Positions 27,501 to 38,861 of a stretch of DNA of 64,000 nt are shown one piece after another. Position 1 is the stretch's first letter; each line of letters opens with the position of its first letter. Made by a program: the position numbers and the translations under genes. The stretch is from Rotaria socialis (lineage: Eukaryota): the NCBI GenBank assembly GCA_905331295.1, contig CAJNYD010000020.1, positions 62,001-126,000 of the forward strand. The letters are read 5' to 3'. Under the pieces are notes generated by a model. That model did not search any database and was not told the DNA's origin. It saw only the letters and a list, made by a program, of their open reading frames with translations.

Positions 27501-30500
27501 TAGCGCCTAATAAAATTAACTCTTTTTCAATTTTCTCTGCTACTTCAGCAACTAATTCATGGCGGTTATTGATTGCAGTTGATGCTTGTCGATATTCAAG
27601 TGACCATTCCTAATAATAAATTAAAAGAAGTTGAAACACTAATACATTATTTTGATTTACATTATATTCTTCATTTGTTAAAATTCGACAAGCAAGACAT
27701 AATGTACGAAGACCATCTTTAGCAAAACTCTCCAAATGTTCCATTGTTAATGGAACATTAGGATCGTTTGCAACAAGACGTTCCATAATTACACTATCCT
27801 AAAAACAGAGAGCGAGAGATTTCATTTCTAATAGAAAATAGTTGTATGCACTTACTGCGCCTTTACAAAATAATTTTATTTCTTTTTTGGCTGTTCGAAC
27901 AATAACACTCATCCGTTTACGATCACTTCAAAACCAAAGATTTAGTTTTTTTTTGAATAAATTTTTTTCAATATTTTACCTGCTGAATTCAAGTACATTC
28001 AAAATTTCGTATGCTTCGTCTTCGCCTCGCTAGAAAAATTAGACAATAACTATAAAAAGAAAACTAATGATTGATTTATTTACAAAATTAATAATGACAC
28101 TATCCGGTGTACGACGAAAAAATATCACACCCATTTCTTTTACTGCTGATACCAACGCATATTCATCTAAAATACAATTCAACATTGTTTCTTCATTTGT
28201 TTGTGAGCGAAATTTTACCTGGTGATGATGCTTGATAAACAATATCATTTAATAAATCAGTATGCATTTTATTCTCGGGTACAACTGTATGACATGTTGC
28301 AAGAAGAGCAAGAAATTCGCGTATTTGATTACCAGTACTCTAGAAATGAAATAACATATATATATATATATATATAAATAATCAATTTAATGTGAGACAT
28401 AATGAAAAAGAAACTACTTAAGTGGATCAACTGTTTGGAATTTATGCACGACTTACTTATCTATTTCCCTGATGACAACAACTTGAAGACCCTCTAGTTC
28501 CGTTCTAGAAAAATCTATTTCATATATCATTTGAAAAAGATTGCATTGATCATTGTTTTTTTTTATTTACTGAATCGTTAATAACATAATCCGCTTAAAA
28601 CAAAAGAATATTTAGTTATCCGTAATGTTTTGTTCAGGTCGGAAGAAAATTTTCCTCTTAATCCCAGTCTAATCCTGCACATCTTCAGTTGTTCTTCATA
28701 GACATGGAAGTTTTTCTGAGTTCAAGTCTTTTGTAGTCTTAAAATTAATAGCACGAATGCCTACAGGGTATTTTCAGATCACAGCAGACTCATACAAAAG
28801 TTTCTGCAAATAATTATAAACTTACATGTTGTTCTAAATTTTTCAGTAATTCATAACTATTAAATTCTGCAATATTTCCAGATCTGAAATTACAATAGAA
28901 AAAAAAACTTTAATTGAAAAGTTCAATGTAACAGAATGGTTTTTCCTTACCCGTACATAATACCACCAATAGTACATTGTTTAAAAACCATGACATTTTT
29001 TGTTAATGTACCAGTTTTATCAGAAAAAATATATTTCACTTGTCCAAGTTCTTCATTTAAATTCGATGTTCTTGCATTTGCCGGTGTATCAGTTTCTCGA
29101 TCATACATATCGACATCCTATAGGACACAAAAGTTAAATGTTCATTTTGAAAAATATTTTCCTCATACCCAGTTGATAAAATATGCTTGAATAAATTTCA
29201 CAAGATCAATTGTTATTTGTAATGAAATAGGAATTAAATTGTTAAATAAAATAAAGAATGTTAAGAATGTATAACCAAAATGATTGGGTGCTGTAGCTAA
29301 AGCAAACGCAAAATAGAAACTGTGTACTTTATTTATTGAAAAACAAAAACCTTTACCAGTTGCTTTATCATCAGTAGCATATGCCAAACCAAGATACCAA
29401 TGTGCTATTTTATTTCTATAATTCCAAATTTCTCCTGCTATTGTACTGAATGAACATATGATTATCAGAAGTACAAGTAAAAACAATATCTAGAGAACAA
29501 AAAAAAAACAAGAAACCTAAAGAAATATTTATTTTCGAAATATTTACTTGACTATTAGTCACTTGTTCAACATTAGTTCGTTTGAAAGGCACAGACGATG
29601 AATTCTAAATATTGAAATCATTCAAAACAAAACAAAAATCTTCTTATCTTGTGAAACAAACCATCATTAATTTTGTTTCATGTCCGTTATAAATAACAAG
29701 TCCATAAATCCATGCAGTATTTTTTAATTGTGAACCACGCAGAAGTATTTGATCAGCGCCTAATGGAATTGGATGAGCAACATTATTGAGTTTTAGTGTT
29801 CCTGCAAATTCATATAAATTCCGATTAGGTAATTCACATTCGATTACACCAAATAAATCTCGTAATTGTACACTTGATATCATATTAGCAGTTTGCGGTA
29901 ATCCCTAAATAGAAGATACATTGAACCATTTTGTAAAAACAAAAACCTATGAATCAAACCTGTCGAACTTTGAGATTAGTTTCACCATCGAGATTAGATG
30001 TTTGAATATAACATATCGAATTCGGTTCACTAGATAAGATAAAAACGGTGTGCTTTTGTTTCTTTTAAATCGAACTATTTCGATAATCACCCTGATGAAA
30101 GTAAAACAAGATCTGCCGGAAAAAATTCATTGTCAAGTACTTTCACAATATCGCCGACTTTAACTCTTTGCCAAGTTGTATACAACCAGTTGCCATGTCG
30201 ATAAACTAAATTAAATTATTTCATTAAATTCATCGAACCTAATTTTTTTTTTGTCATTTTACTTAAAACTTTTCTTTTATTCACTGAACCATCTTGTATA
30301 TGTCGTTTCTAGATAGGAGCAAATAGTTTAGTAAAAATGTAGATTTCTATGTAAAAATTACGAACCACATCCTCAATAATTTCTTTAATAGCTGCACAAC
30401 AAAGAATGATCGATAGTGGAACAGCTGTGGTATACCTTCCAGTTGGTGAAACACCAGGAATTTGCTGAAATTGAAATTGTATTGAATGAAAAATAATGTG

Positions 30501-30798
30501 AAATATTTCAATTTACCTGGAGCACAGCAATGCAAAGGAAAAATATATTTGAATATTTACGGAATTGCTCAAAAAGAAATTTCGGTAAAAATGATATAAT
30601 TGAATATTTGCTTGTACTAATATGATTCGTTATAGATTTAATTGGTTGTGCTCCACGATTTATCGTTATTATCCGTTTTGAATCAATATCACTGTCAGTT
30701 GTTATTGTTCTTATAGGATTTTGACTGCTCCTTCTTTTGTTTGTCACAGCATTTCTAATATCACGAAAAAAACGTGTCATCGACGAGGTTTGTCCCAT
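24571..30798 (-). CDS. ATP8A1: P4-type phospholipid-transporting ATPase (ATP8A subfamily), many exons
   Basis: NHISTSKYS...[38 protein letters not shown] (phospho-Asp), [32 protein letters not shown], and C-terminal [11 protein letters not shown]8A1 versus ATP8A2 is not resolvable. Confidence 0.96.
25467..25528 (-). other. Mutually exclusive alternative exon A of the ATP8A gene
   Basis: 62 nt, ag/gt bounded, encodes (D)[20 protein letters not shown], phase 1 to 0; homologous to exon B. Confidence 0.8.
25749..25813 (-). other. Mutually exclusive alternative exon B of the ATP8A gene
   Basis: 65 nt, ag/gt bounded, encodes (D)[21 protein letters not shown], phase 1 to 0; homologous to exon A. 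Confidence 0.8.
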
Positions 30799-31694
30799 TG
30801 CGAAGAAAAAGGCGCAGATATTGAACACCAATCGACGCAAAGTTAACTTACAACACCGGCGGGGTGAAATCTTTATTTTACAAGAAAAAAAATCATACAG
30901 TATCGAAACCTAAAGAGATCAAAAGGTACGTAAACAAATGTTCAGTTAAAATAATTCGCATATTGACCTTTTCTTCTCGGTTTTTGTCTATTTGGTTCTT
31001 TAGTACTATTGATGACAAGAATGCGTTGATCTTTCACTGGTTATTTTTAGATGCACTATATGATGACGTTTTCAGACTCGGTCGATAAATTAAGATTAAT
31101 ATATATTCAAAATCAGCATACTATGAATATTAATTTCTTTTAAATATTACGCTTGTCTTTTTTCAAAACAAGCATAGATGACGCTAGGTTATATTGATGT
31201 TGTGATGGAGGATTGGCTTGGAAAGAGCTATTCCATGTAGAATTTTTTTCTTTTGTATGTCAAACAGTTCAAGCTCACTGAATTTGATGCATTGAAATTC
31301 TCTTTTTCTACTGTCCGAAAATAGAAAAAATAATATAAATGCAAAGCATGCTTATAACACTTTTCACGTAAATACTAACATTCATCAAATATTCTTTGAT
31401 TCAACGGATAGCAAAGAATTATATACAGTTACTATTTGAAAAGTAACATAATATTTATATAATATCTTATTCATACTGGTATCGAAAAGCACAAAAGAAA
31501 GATGTAAGAAATCGATCGTAAGTCACTTCCAATAGGAAGGAAAATCTGACGAAAAGTAATTTAAAAAAGAAAAAAAAGAGCATTATCTGTTATATGAGAA
31601 CCTGTCTAGAGGACAAACTTGCTGTCGACAGTAATGGTAACTTAGCACAAAGAATCACTTATTCTTCGAGTAGATAATAACTATTTTAATTGTT

Positions 31695-32273
31695 ATGAAT
31701 CGATTCGATTTGCCTGATGGTTTACCGGTACCAGTCGATGATGGTCAATGTGCACACTTAAAGGCTGGCACGAAATTTCCTGTTGATATTTTAATTCATT
31801 TACCTACGACTAGTAAAAATTCGGTAGACATTGTTAGCCAACCACGTACTATAATATATTTTTATCCTCGGACTGGTAAACCAGATCAAAAGCTTCCTGA
31901 TGGTTGGGATGAGATTCCTGGCGCTCGAGGATGTACACCAGAATCATGTGGATTTCGTGATCATTATCAAGAATTACAATCGTTAGGTGCAACTGTTTAT
32001 GGATGTAGTACTCAAACAACTGAGTATCAACAAGAAGTTGCCGATCGATTACATTTACCATTTGATTTATTAAGTGATTCAAAATTAGAATTATTAAATC
32101 ATTTAAAGTTACCTCACTTTACTTTGCCAGAATTGGATAATATTCCATTAATTGCACGTTTGACAATAATAATCAAATATGATACTATTGAACATGTTTT
32201 TTATCCAATATTTCCACCTGATAAACATTCACAACAAGTTATCGATTGGTTAAAACAAAATCCATTAAAATAA
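31695..32273 (+). CDS. Peroxiredoxin, BCP/AhpC-TSA type, intronless, microbial-like
   Basis: LPVPVDDG N-terminal extension, IYFYPRTG, WDEIPGARGCTPESCGFRDH (CxxxxC), RLHLPFDLLSD, RLTIII, HVFYPIFPPD. Confidence 0.92.
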   Translation: MNRFDLPDGLPVPVDDGQCAHLKAGTKFPVDILIHLPTTSKNSVDIVSQPRTIIYFYPRTGKPDQKLPDGWDEIPGARGCTPESCGFRDHYQELQSLGATVYGCSTQTTEYQQEVADRLHLPFDLLSDSKLELLNHLKLPHFTLPELDNIPLIARLTIIIKYDTIEHVFYPIFPPDKHSQQVIDWLKQNPLK

Positions 32274-32891
32274 AGTTTTTACTATTCACTACGATGAAAT
32301 ATTTAATAATTGAAAAAGAAAAAGATTCACTGTTCTGTTCTATTATATCTTTTTTTATTGTGCTTTCGCTGGTATCGTCGTTGCTTTCATGTTCTTTGTT
32401 GACAATTGATTGATAATAATTTTCGAAAATGTTTGAATCATTCATCATTAAAAAGTCCATCAACAATTGTTTCATATTTTCTGGATTTATGCATACGAAA
32501 TCAAAAATAAATTAACTTTAAACGTATTTGAAAGTCGAAAAGATCTTAAAGAATGTTGAAGACAACAAAGATTTGAACATTTTATTATTCATTCATGTTC
32601 AAATTTTCGATAAATTTCATCCCGTTTTTATTCTCTCATTGGTAAGTGTTCTATAAAATAATGGGTGTCCTTGCTCTCATTTCATTAGATCAAATAAGAA
32701 TAGGAATATGTTTTTTATAAAAAAAGCAAAAAAGATAATAAAGCAGTGTGCCGTGTTTCATATTCCCAGATTGAAGAATCATGTTGGTAGACGACTCTGC
32801 CTGTTTGACCAACGTGAGTAGCTTTTAATTTTGAGGCCCAACGGATAAAAAAACTTTCATAATTGTTTTTCAACCGAACTTTTAGAACACT

Positions 32892-33856
32892 CTGGGCTGC
32901 GATTCGACCTACATTTCCTATAATTCCTATATTTTCAAAAAAAAAGTCCTATTTTCCCTATATTTTATCGAAAAAAAAACAGAAAATTTTCGAAACCTTC
33001 TTAATTTTGCTATTGTTTTCAGACGAAAAAAAACGTTTAATGTGTATAATCTTGTGTTTTGGACAAATTCTTGTATTATAGTAACATTTGTTTTAAACAG
33101 TATTTTTCCTTGCGCCTATTTAGTGGGCTGACAAGAAATTGTTTAATAGTAACGCAAGTACAAAATACAAAATAGTTCAAAAGAAAAAACATTCACAAAG
33201 TGATCATGTACTAGTTTCGGGTTTTGAGTGAAGTTTTAATTAGATATAAAAACTGCATATATATATATATACCCCTGGAGAAAATAACTTTCACTCTGTA
33301 TTTTGAGGATATTGTTACCAAAAGAATATATTTTTAAAAAGTAACGGCATATTCTGAAAGCCCGTGAAATTTTACACCGTCCTGTGAGTATGCATTTTCA
33401 TTTACACTTATTTATTACCAGAAAAAATTGAGTTATGATAAAATACAAAATAAACTAGTGGAAAATAATAAGCGATGAATGCTGATTATCAGGACAATAA
33501 AATTAGGCTGAGATTTTTTTAGGAAGCCATATCCGTAATCTGAAACGTCTCTTTTTATTATGAGAAATAGGATTTGTTTTTTCAAAGCTTATGATTTACT
33601 TTATTGTTATTTCTCGATTTGTGAAAAACTTTTATAATGATCCTCGAATTGTCGAGTTGTTACAGTAGAAAAAAATTACATAAGGATCTTGTCTACGGTT
33701 GAACTATTTATAACAGCTACATTAAAACGATTTTCGAACAGAGCAGTGAAAAAACACCAAAACAATTGAACAGAAATGATGTATAAAAAATCCTCTTTTT
33801 ATGTCATTTTTTTTATCGAAAATCCTATATTTTTAAAAAGTGCAATCGGAGGCCAG
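32892..33856. mobile_element. ~1 kb non-autonomous DNA transposon (MITE-like), copy 2
   Basis: Same family and orientation as 1120-2123. Ends CTGGGCTGCGATT ... AATCGGAGGCCAG; flanked by CACT at 32888-32891 and 33857-33860 (possible 4-bp TSD). Confidence 0.8.
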
Positions 33857-34166
33857 CACTCTATGTATATACATGAATCAACAAACTTCTACTTATCGTT
33901 AGTAAATGCTTTGCTAAATCTTACGTCAAACAGTCTAATCAGTTCGATCAATCTGAAATACTGACTAATATCAAGAATAAATGTATTTGATTCATTATTT
34001 GCTATCATATTGGCGTATAAAAGTGAATATATATTTGGAATGCTAAAATCATTTCTTGTAATATTCGATTCAACCCTACATTTATTGCGAACGTAATGAT
34101 ATAAACTATTGTCTCCATTGCAGGCATTTTTTAACTTAGCTTGTCAATTCAATATGCATCATAAAT

Positions 34167-34497
34167 ATGAACTCAAATTTGTGCGTAACCCTCTTATTAT
34201 TCATCGGCGTTGTTTTATTCGTACAGATTAATGCATATGTACGTCGTGCCTGTAAGCGTAATATGATTTGCGTATTTATAATAACTAATTTGTTTCAGAT
34301 TTCAAAGACGATGAGTATGATGAAAATAAATTTGCTGAAAGATCTGATCTCAATCGGTCAGCCCTCGTGGATTCGGCTGTAGTGGGCCTACGAATAAGGA
34401 CGAATATCAATGCAACAAGCACTGCAAAAGTAACGGATTCAAAGGTGGCTACTGCAATGCAGCTTTGCTTTGGTTTCGTTGCGATTGCTATAATTAA
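34167..34497 (+). pseudogene. CS-alpha/beta (plectasin/invertebrate-type) defensin precursor with an apparent 1-nt frameshift (pseudogene, null allele or assembly error)
   Basis: Signal-peptide exon 34167-34251; intron 34252-34298; acidic propiece YFKDDEYDENKFAERSD; then, in a shifted frame, SQSVSPR followed by mature GFGCSGPTNKDEYQCNKHCKSNGFKGGYCNAALLWFRCDCYN (34369-34494) and TAA. Confidence 0.85.
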
Positions 34498-34914
34498 GCT
34501 GTTGACAAATTCTAAGAGCGTTTTCTTGGCGCCATGGATTCGAAAATCAACAATATGTTCACATTGATTCATATTGTGCGCCTTCTTTTTATCTGATTCT
34601 ATTGCTTGAATAAAATACGCATATTATAATAACCCCACCTTCAATATTAAATATTTTATTTGCATTGTTTCTTGTGTTATTAGAAACGATAGAATTCTTT
34701 CGGCAAGATATTGGGAAAATCGGCGGTCGGGGCGCTAGTTAAGGAATTATGACACGTTTCTCTCATCCAAAAGGACTCATCAGGTGATAATATGGGCTCG
34801 GTTATTTGTAGATGATTTTAGTTAATGAGAAAATGAACTTCACGTACATATCTTACGAATACTACGTAGAATTATTATCATACTATGAATATTCGTCAAA
34901 TATTAATGTGTATC

Positions 34915-35109
34915 TGTTATGTCAGTAGAGACATCTCCTGACATAAGAAGGCCCTCTTTATCCCTCTATCATACTCATGAGATGGAACCGATTGGTGGAA
35001 GAGAGAGATAGAGAGAGTGGAGGCTTTGTGCTTTTTTTGTTGTGTGGATCGTTGGTTTGTTTTTGGGAAGAAAAAGGAATAAAAGGGAACAGGAGAAAAG
35101 GACCTAACA
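34915..35109 (+). mobile_element. Solo LTR of an LTR retrotransposon (195 bp)
   Basis: TGTTA...TAACA inverted ends; perfect 5-bp TSD GTATC at 34910-34914 and 35110-35114; AATAAA at 35078; richer in G and purines than the flanks. Confidence 0.8.
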
Positions 35110-35980
35110 GTATCTAGAAATATCTTCTGTGAGTCTATGTTGGTTAAGGGAATAATTAGTTGTTATGCTTAGTATAAAGTGATGTTTGGCTAGTATTTTA
35201 GATAATTTTTGTGAAACTCACATATATTTTCGAATAAAATGTTGAGTGTAAGTTTTAAGGCAAGGTATTTAGCCGCTCTCTATCCACTACGTAGCAGATA
35301 CCATTAATACAAATCTGCCCCATCTAATTAGAGATCATTATAAGTATGGTTCTATATCTGTCTTCACCAATAAAAACCTGGATGGCTATACTAGGTCACC
35401 ATTACAGATACAAGTAAATAGATAATGTTCCAACTATAGATCTGAGAGACCAAGTGAACTTTTACGAAAGATTTTCACACAACCTGTTTGCATCAGTTAA
35501 GTGAATCTGAAAAATATACGTGAATTTCTCATTTTAGCCCCAAAAAGGTTACGCTAATAACTTTTTCTGTAAAGTGTTATTCTCTCCAGAGCGATAAAAT
35601 TTATAAAAAAAAAGATATTTTATCATGGAGATGGAGACCATCGCTCATGAAGATTAAATATCCTAAGAATGCCATATTACTTAAAATATAATATAAAAAA
35701 GAGGGAAAAAAATAAATAGCTGACTTGTTTAGGGCACCAGCACAAACATTCACATGGATATAATGTTGCAGTATATTCTCAAATAAAAAATAGTGCACAT
35801 CAAAATATAAATATAAAATATTCGCATTGATCTCTTTGCTTATGTTATTTTCATCATATTATTTAGATTGACAAAGGTGTGGGCGCGTATATCAAATTGT
35901 AGTACATGAGCTCACAGTTCAGGTGATGTGCTTATAAATATGACTGCAGATACGGGACATAATGAGTTTTAATTTTAGAA

Positions 35981-37218
35981 TTAGAAAGCTACAATACCAG
36001 TTCTTGCAACATTATTCTGAGCTTCATCACTCAAGTGAGTGGTAAGAGAACGAAGTTCTTCGTCACTATCAGTGATGACGCTCAGTTGTACTTCAAATAG
36101 TCGTCCACCATCATCCATACGATTGATGTGTTCAATACGGAACACTACGTGCATAGAAAAGAGTATATCTGATCCATTTTGGAAATAGCTGACATTTTCA
36201 ATATCGGGAAATGGTGTTGATGCTTGGCTAGGATCGATAGTCACGAAGAAGAGAATGCCAATCATATCCAGGTTTGCCAAAGAACTTTGAGCGAATCCAA
36301 TAGAAACTTGTCTAGTTTTTCTAGTGGACAGAAAACAGTGAAACGCCATAAGTCCACCTTGCGTTTTCTTCAACTTTTCAAAATCATCTATAGATAGTCC
36401 TTGTCCTCAGTAAACAAGAAAAGATTTTCCATGATATTGAGTAACTTGTTGTTTATGCAATTCATCTAGTTTCGATGACTATCGTAGATGAAGAAACCAA
36501 TGTTGACGATAATATCGGCTTTGAATAAGTGAAGTGCCTGATTGAGCATTTTATAAGTAAAACATTCTCTGGCATACCACCATATGGCTTTGTTCAGTTG
36601 ATAATCCCGAGAAAATTCAGCGTAGTCGTCTACATAAATGTTTTGGCAGTATGTCGCTAAGTTTCGTTGTTCTTATTAGTTGTATTCAATTTCAAGTAAG
36701 GCATTTTTGAATAGTTGAGTATACATAAATGAGGAATTCAGTCGATTCAGATCGGGAACAGAGTCATCAACACGTTCATGTGCAAAACTAACTCCGATAG
36801 AGTCTTGACTGAATTGTTTGATGGCCATTTGAAGTGCATCACAAACTCCTTTCGCTTCTGTATAAATTCCTTTGATTTTAGTTAGCTGTTTGGTCCAACA
36901 TCCATAACAACTTCTACTTGTGGCATTTTATTAATCGTTCGAATCAGTTTTTCTCCTTGATAGTCATGAATAATGGCAAATATTTTATCGTTTTAGTGCT
37001 CTTGAAGAAACTGTACACATTCGCTAGGCTCCATAAAATGTTGAACATCATGGCTGATCATAGATAATTGCTCAAGTGTCTTTTTTTTAAAATTCTTCGT
37101 TCAATGAGCTTAAATTGGCATTTACCAAAACAATTTTATGTTTCTGAACTATGCGTGGTAGAAAGTAAGCATTCTTCTGCGTCATTCGTGTAACTGTGTC
37201 AGTTGTAGGACTTGTCAT
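35981..37218 (-). pseudogene. Decayed R-S-E-type ADP-ribosyltransferase (ART) domain gene
   Basis: Fragments FMYTQLFKNALLEIE, AIWWYARECFTY, FLVY*GQGLS (catalytic Arg codon now TGA at 36407-36409), FLSTRK, SDILFSMHVVFRI; several stops and frameshifts. Confidence 0.85.
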
Positions 37219-37829
37219 TTCATTTAAGTTTTTATCATTGTTTCAGAGAACCAATTCGTTTTGAGGACAAATGATACTTAAACTCCTGTTGAGAAGTATA
37301 TAGAAGTAACGCACACATTCTTCGGTGACGTGCAAACATACAACAGAGAAAAAAAGCTTTTTTACTCTTGTTTTGATTTCTGATTGCATATTTTTGTTTA
37401 TTCAAAACTTTTCTTTTTCTTTACTATCGTCACATAAAATGGAATTTCACTTCATTGACAACATATGGCAACATTTTCAATTTTTACCCCCATCACTTTT
37501 GTGTCCTGCTTGCAATTTCCGATGAGAAAAATCTTTATCTTTCGTCGTTGTAATCTAAAATAGGGGCAATATAATGCACAGAAAAGTTTTCGAGTTTATT
37601 GTTTTATGTATATATATATACGTATATATATATCAACTTATATTGATAAAGATTTGATTTGTTTATTTCGTATAAAGTAGAATTTAACGTTGCATCCATA
37701 ATTCACACTCCTGTGTTTTTCCATTAGTTACTTTTGCAATTTTTCTTCTGATTCTTTTTTTCTCTGGCGAACACATTTTATAATGATTGTTACATTTATG
37801 TTTTTGATTTTGTCCGTTCTATTAAATGT

Positions 37830-38861
37830 ATGGCACATTCTATGTCGTCTACACAACGCATTGAATGGATGTATAAAAATTCTAGAGATCCAACAGAATG
37901 GCGTGCCTATTCTGACATCGAAACAATAATTATTGAAGAAGCTTATCAAAAGAAACAATCCGAAGCATTACTTGACGATTATCACATTAATTTAAAGCGA
38001 CTCCTTCAAGTATCTAACCAGAACCATACAGATCAATGTTCCGTTCAGCGTGTTATCAAACAACGTACAGATAGTCGATTGAGAGAAGAACGTTTTATGC
38101 CTGATCCCATTTTACCATCAAAAGGCTTTACTGATGCTCGTCATAGAGCTAGTTTTCTTGATGCAGCAGGCCAATGTCTCAATTTATCTGTTTTGAAAGT
38201 TTCTGACGATACTTTTGTAACAATGTTAGTAGAAAAAGCCGCCGAAGGTATTTTAAGTGAAGCAAAAAAAGTAGGCAAAGAAAAAGAAGGCCAATGGATG
38301 GCTGAACAGCTACTCAAGACAAAAAGCAAAAGTCGATATGAAGTAGCCAAATGTTGTGCTCGTCTTTACTGCATGGAATCTTTTCTGTATAAGAAAATGA
38401 ATGAAATAATGCGATTAGGAACAGATGAAAAATATCAGGCTCTTTGGCAGAGTAAGCTATTGACATTTGGACCGTTTGCTTGTTTACTTTTTAATTTACA
38501 ACGAGATCTTTCTGTCTCAGCTACTATCCAAACGAAAACTGTTTATCGTGGTGCCAATTTTTCGCCTGAACAAATCAAAGAATATCAACGAATCACTAAT
38601 TATTCAAAAGCAGATCGTAATTATGGTCAATTTCCTGCATTTACATCAACAAGTCGTAATAGAGAGAAGGCTCAACAATTTGGTAACATACTTTTTATTA
38701 TCGAAATTGGTGAAGCTGATGGTTGTGATTTTTCGTTATATTCAGAGTTTGACGAAGAAGAACATTTACTTGCACCTCATTTTTATTTCTCCATTGAATC
38801 ATGTCTCTTTGACAATGAAATAAACAAATGGGTCATTGCTCTTCGCTCATTGAACATTTGA
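37830..38861 (+). CDS. WWE-domain plus NAD:arginine-type mono-ADP-ribosyltransferase, intronless
   Basis: WWE: EWMYK...EWRAYSDIETIIIEEAY...YHINLKRLLQ. ART: LYCMESFLYKKMNEIMR, VYRGA (R), FTSTSRN (STS), FDEEEHLL (ExE). Confidence 0.9.
   Translation: MAHSMSSTQRIEWMYKNSRDPTEWRAYSDIETIIIEEAYQKKQSEALLDDYHINLKRLLQVSNQNHTDQCSVQRVIKQRTDSRLREERFMPDPILPSKGFTDARHRASFLDAAGQCLNLSVLKVSDDTFVTMLVEKAAEGILSEAKKVGKEKEGQWMAEQLLKTKSKSRYEVAKCCARLYCMESFLYKKMNEIMRLGTDEKYQALWQSKLLTFGPFACLLFNLQRDLSVSATIQTKTVYRGANFSPEQIKEYQRITNYSKADRNYGQFPAFTSTSRNREKAQQFGNILFIIEIGEADGCDFSLYSEFDEEEHLLAPHFYFSIESCLFDNEINKWVIALRSLNI

Noticed and set aside
32239..32700. Minus-strand ORF converging on the peroxiredoxin
   Set aside because: Short, with a broken upstream frame and no family recognised.
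34367..34567. ORF-track peptide MDSAVVGLR...
   Set aside because: It is the off-frame reading of the defensin exon; the six-Cys frame is the meaningful one.
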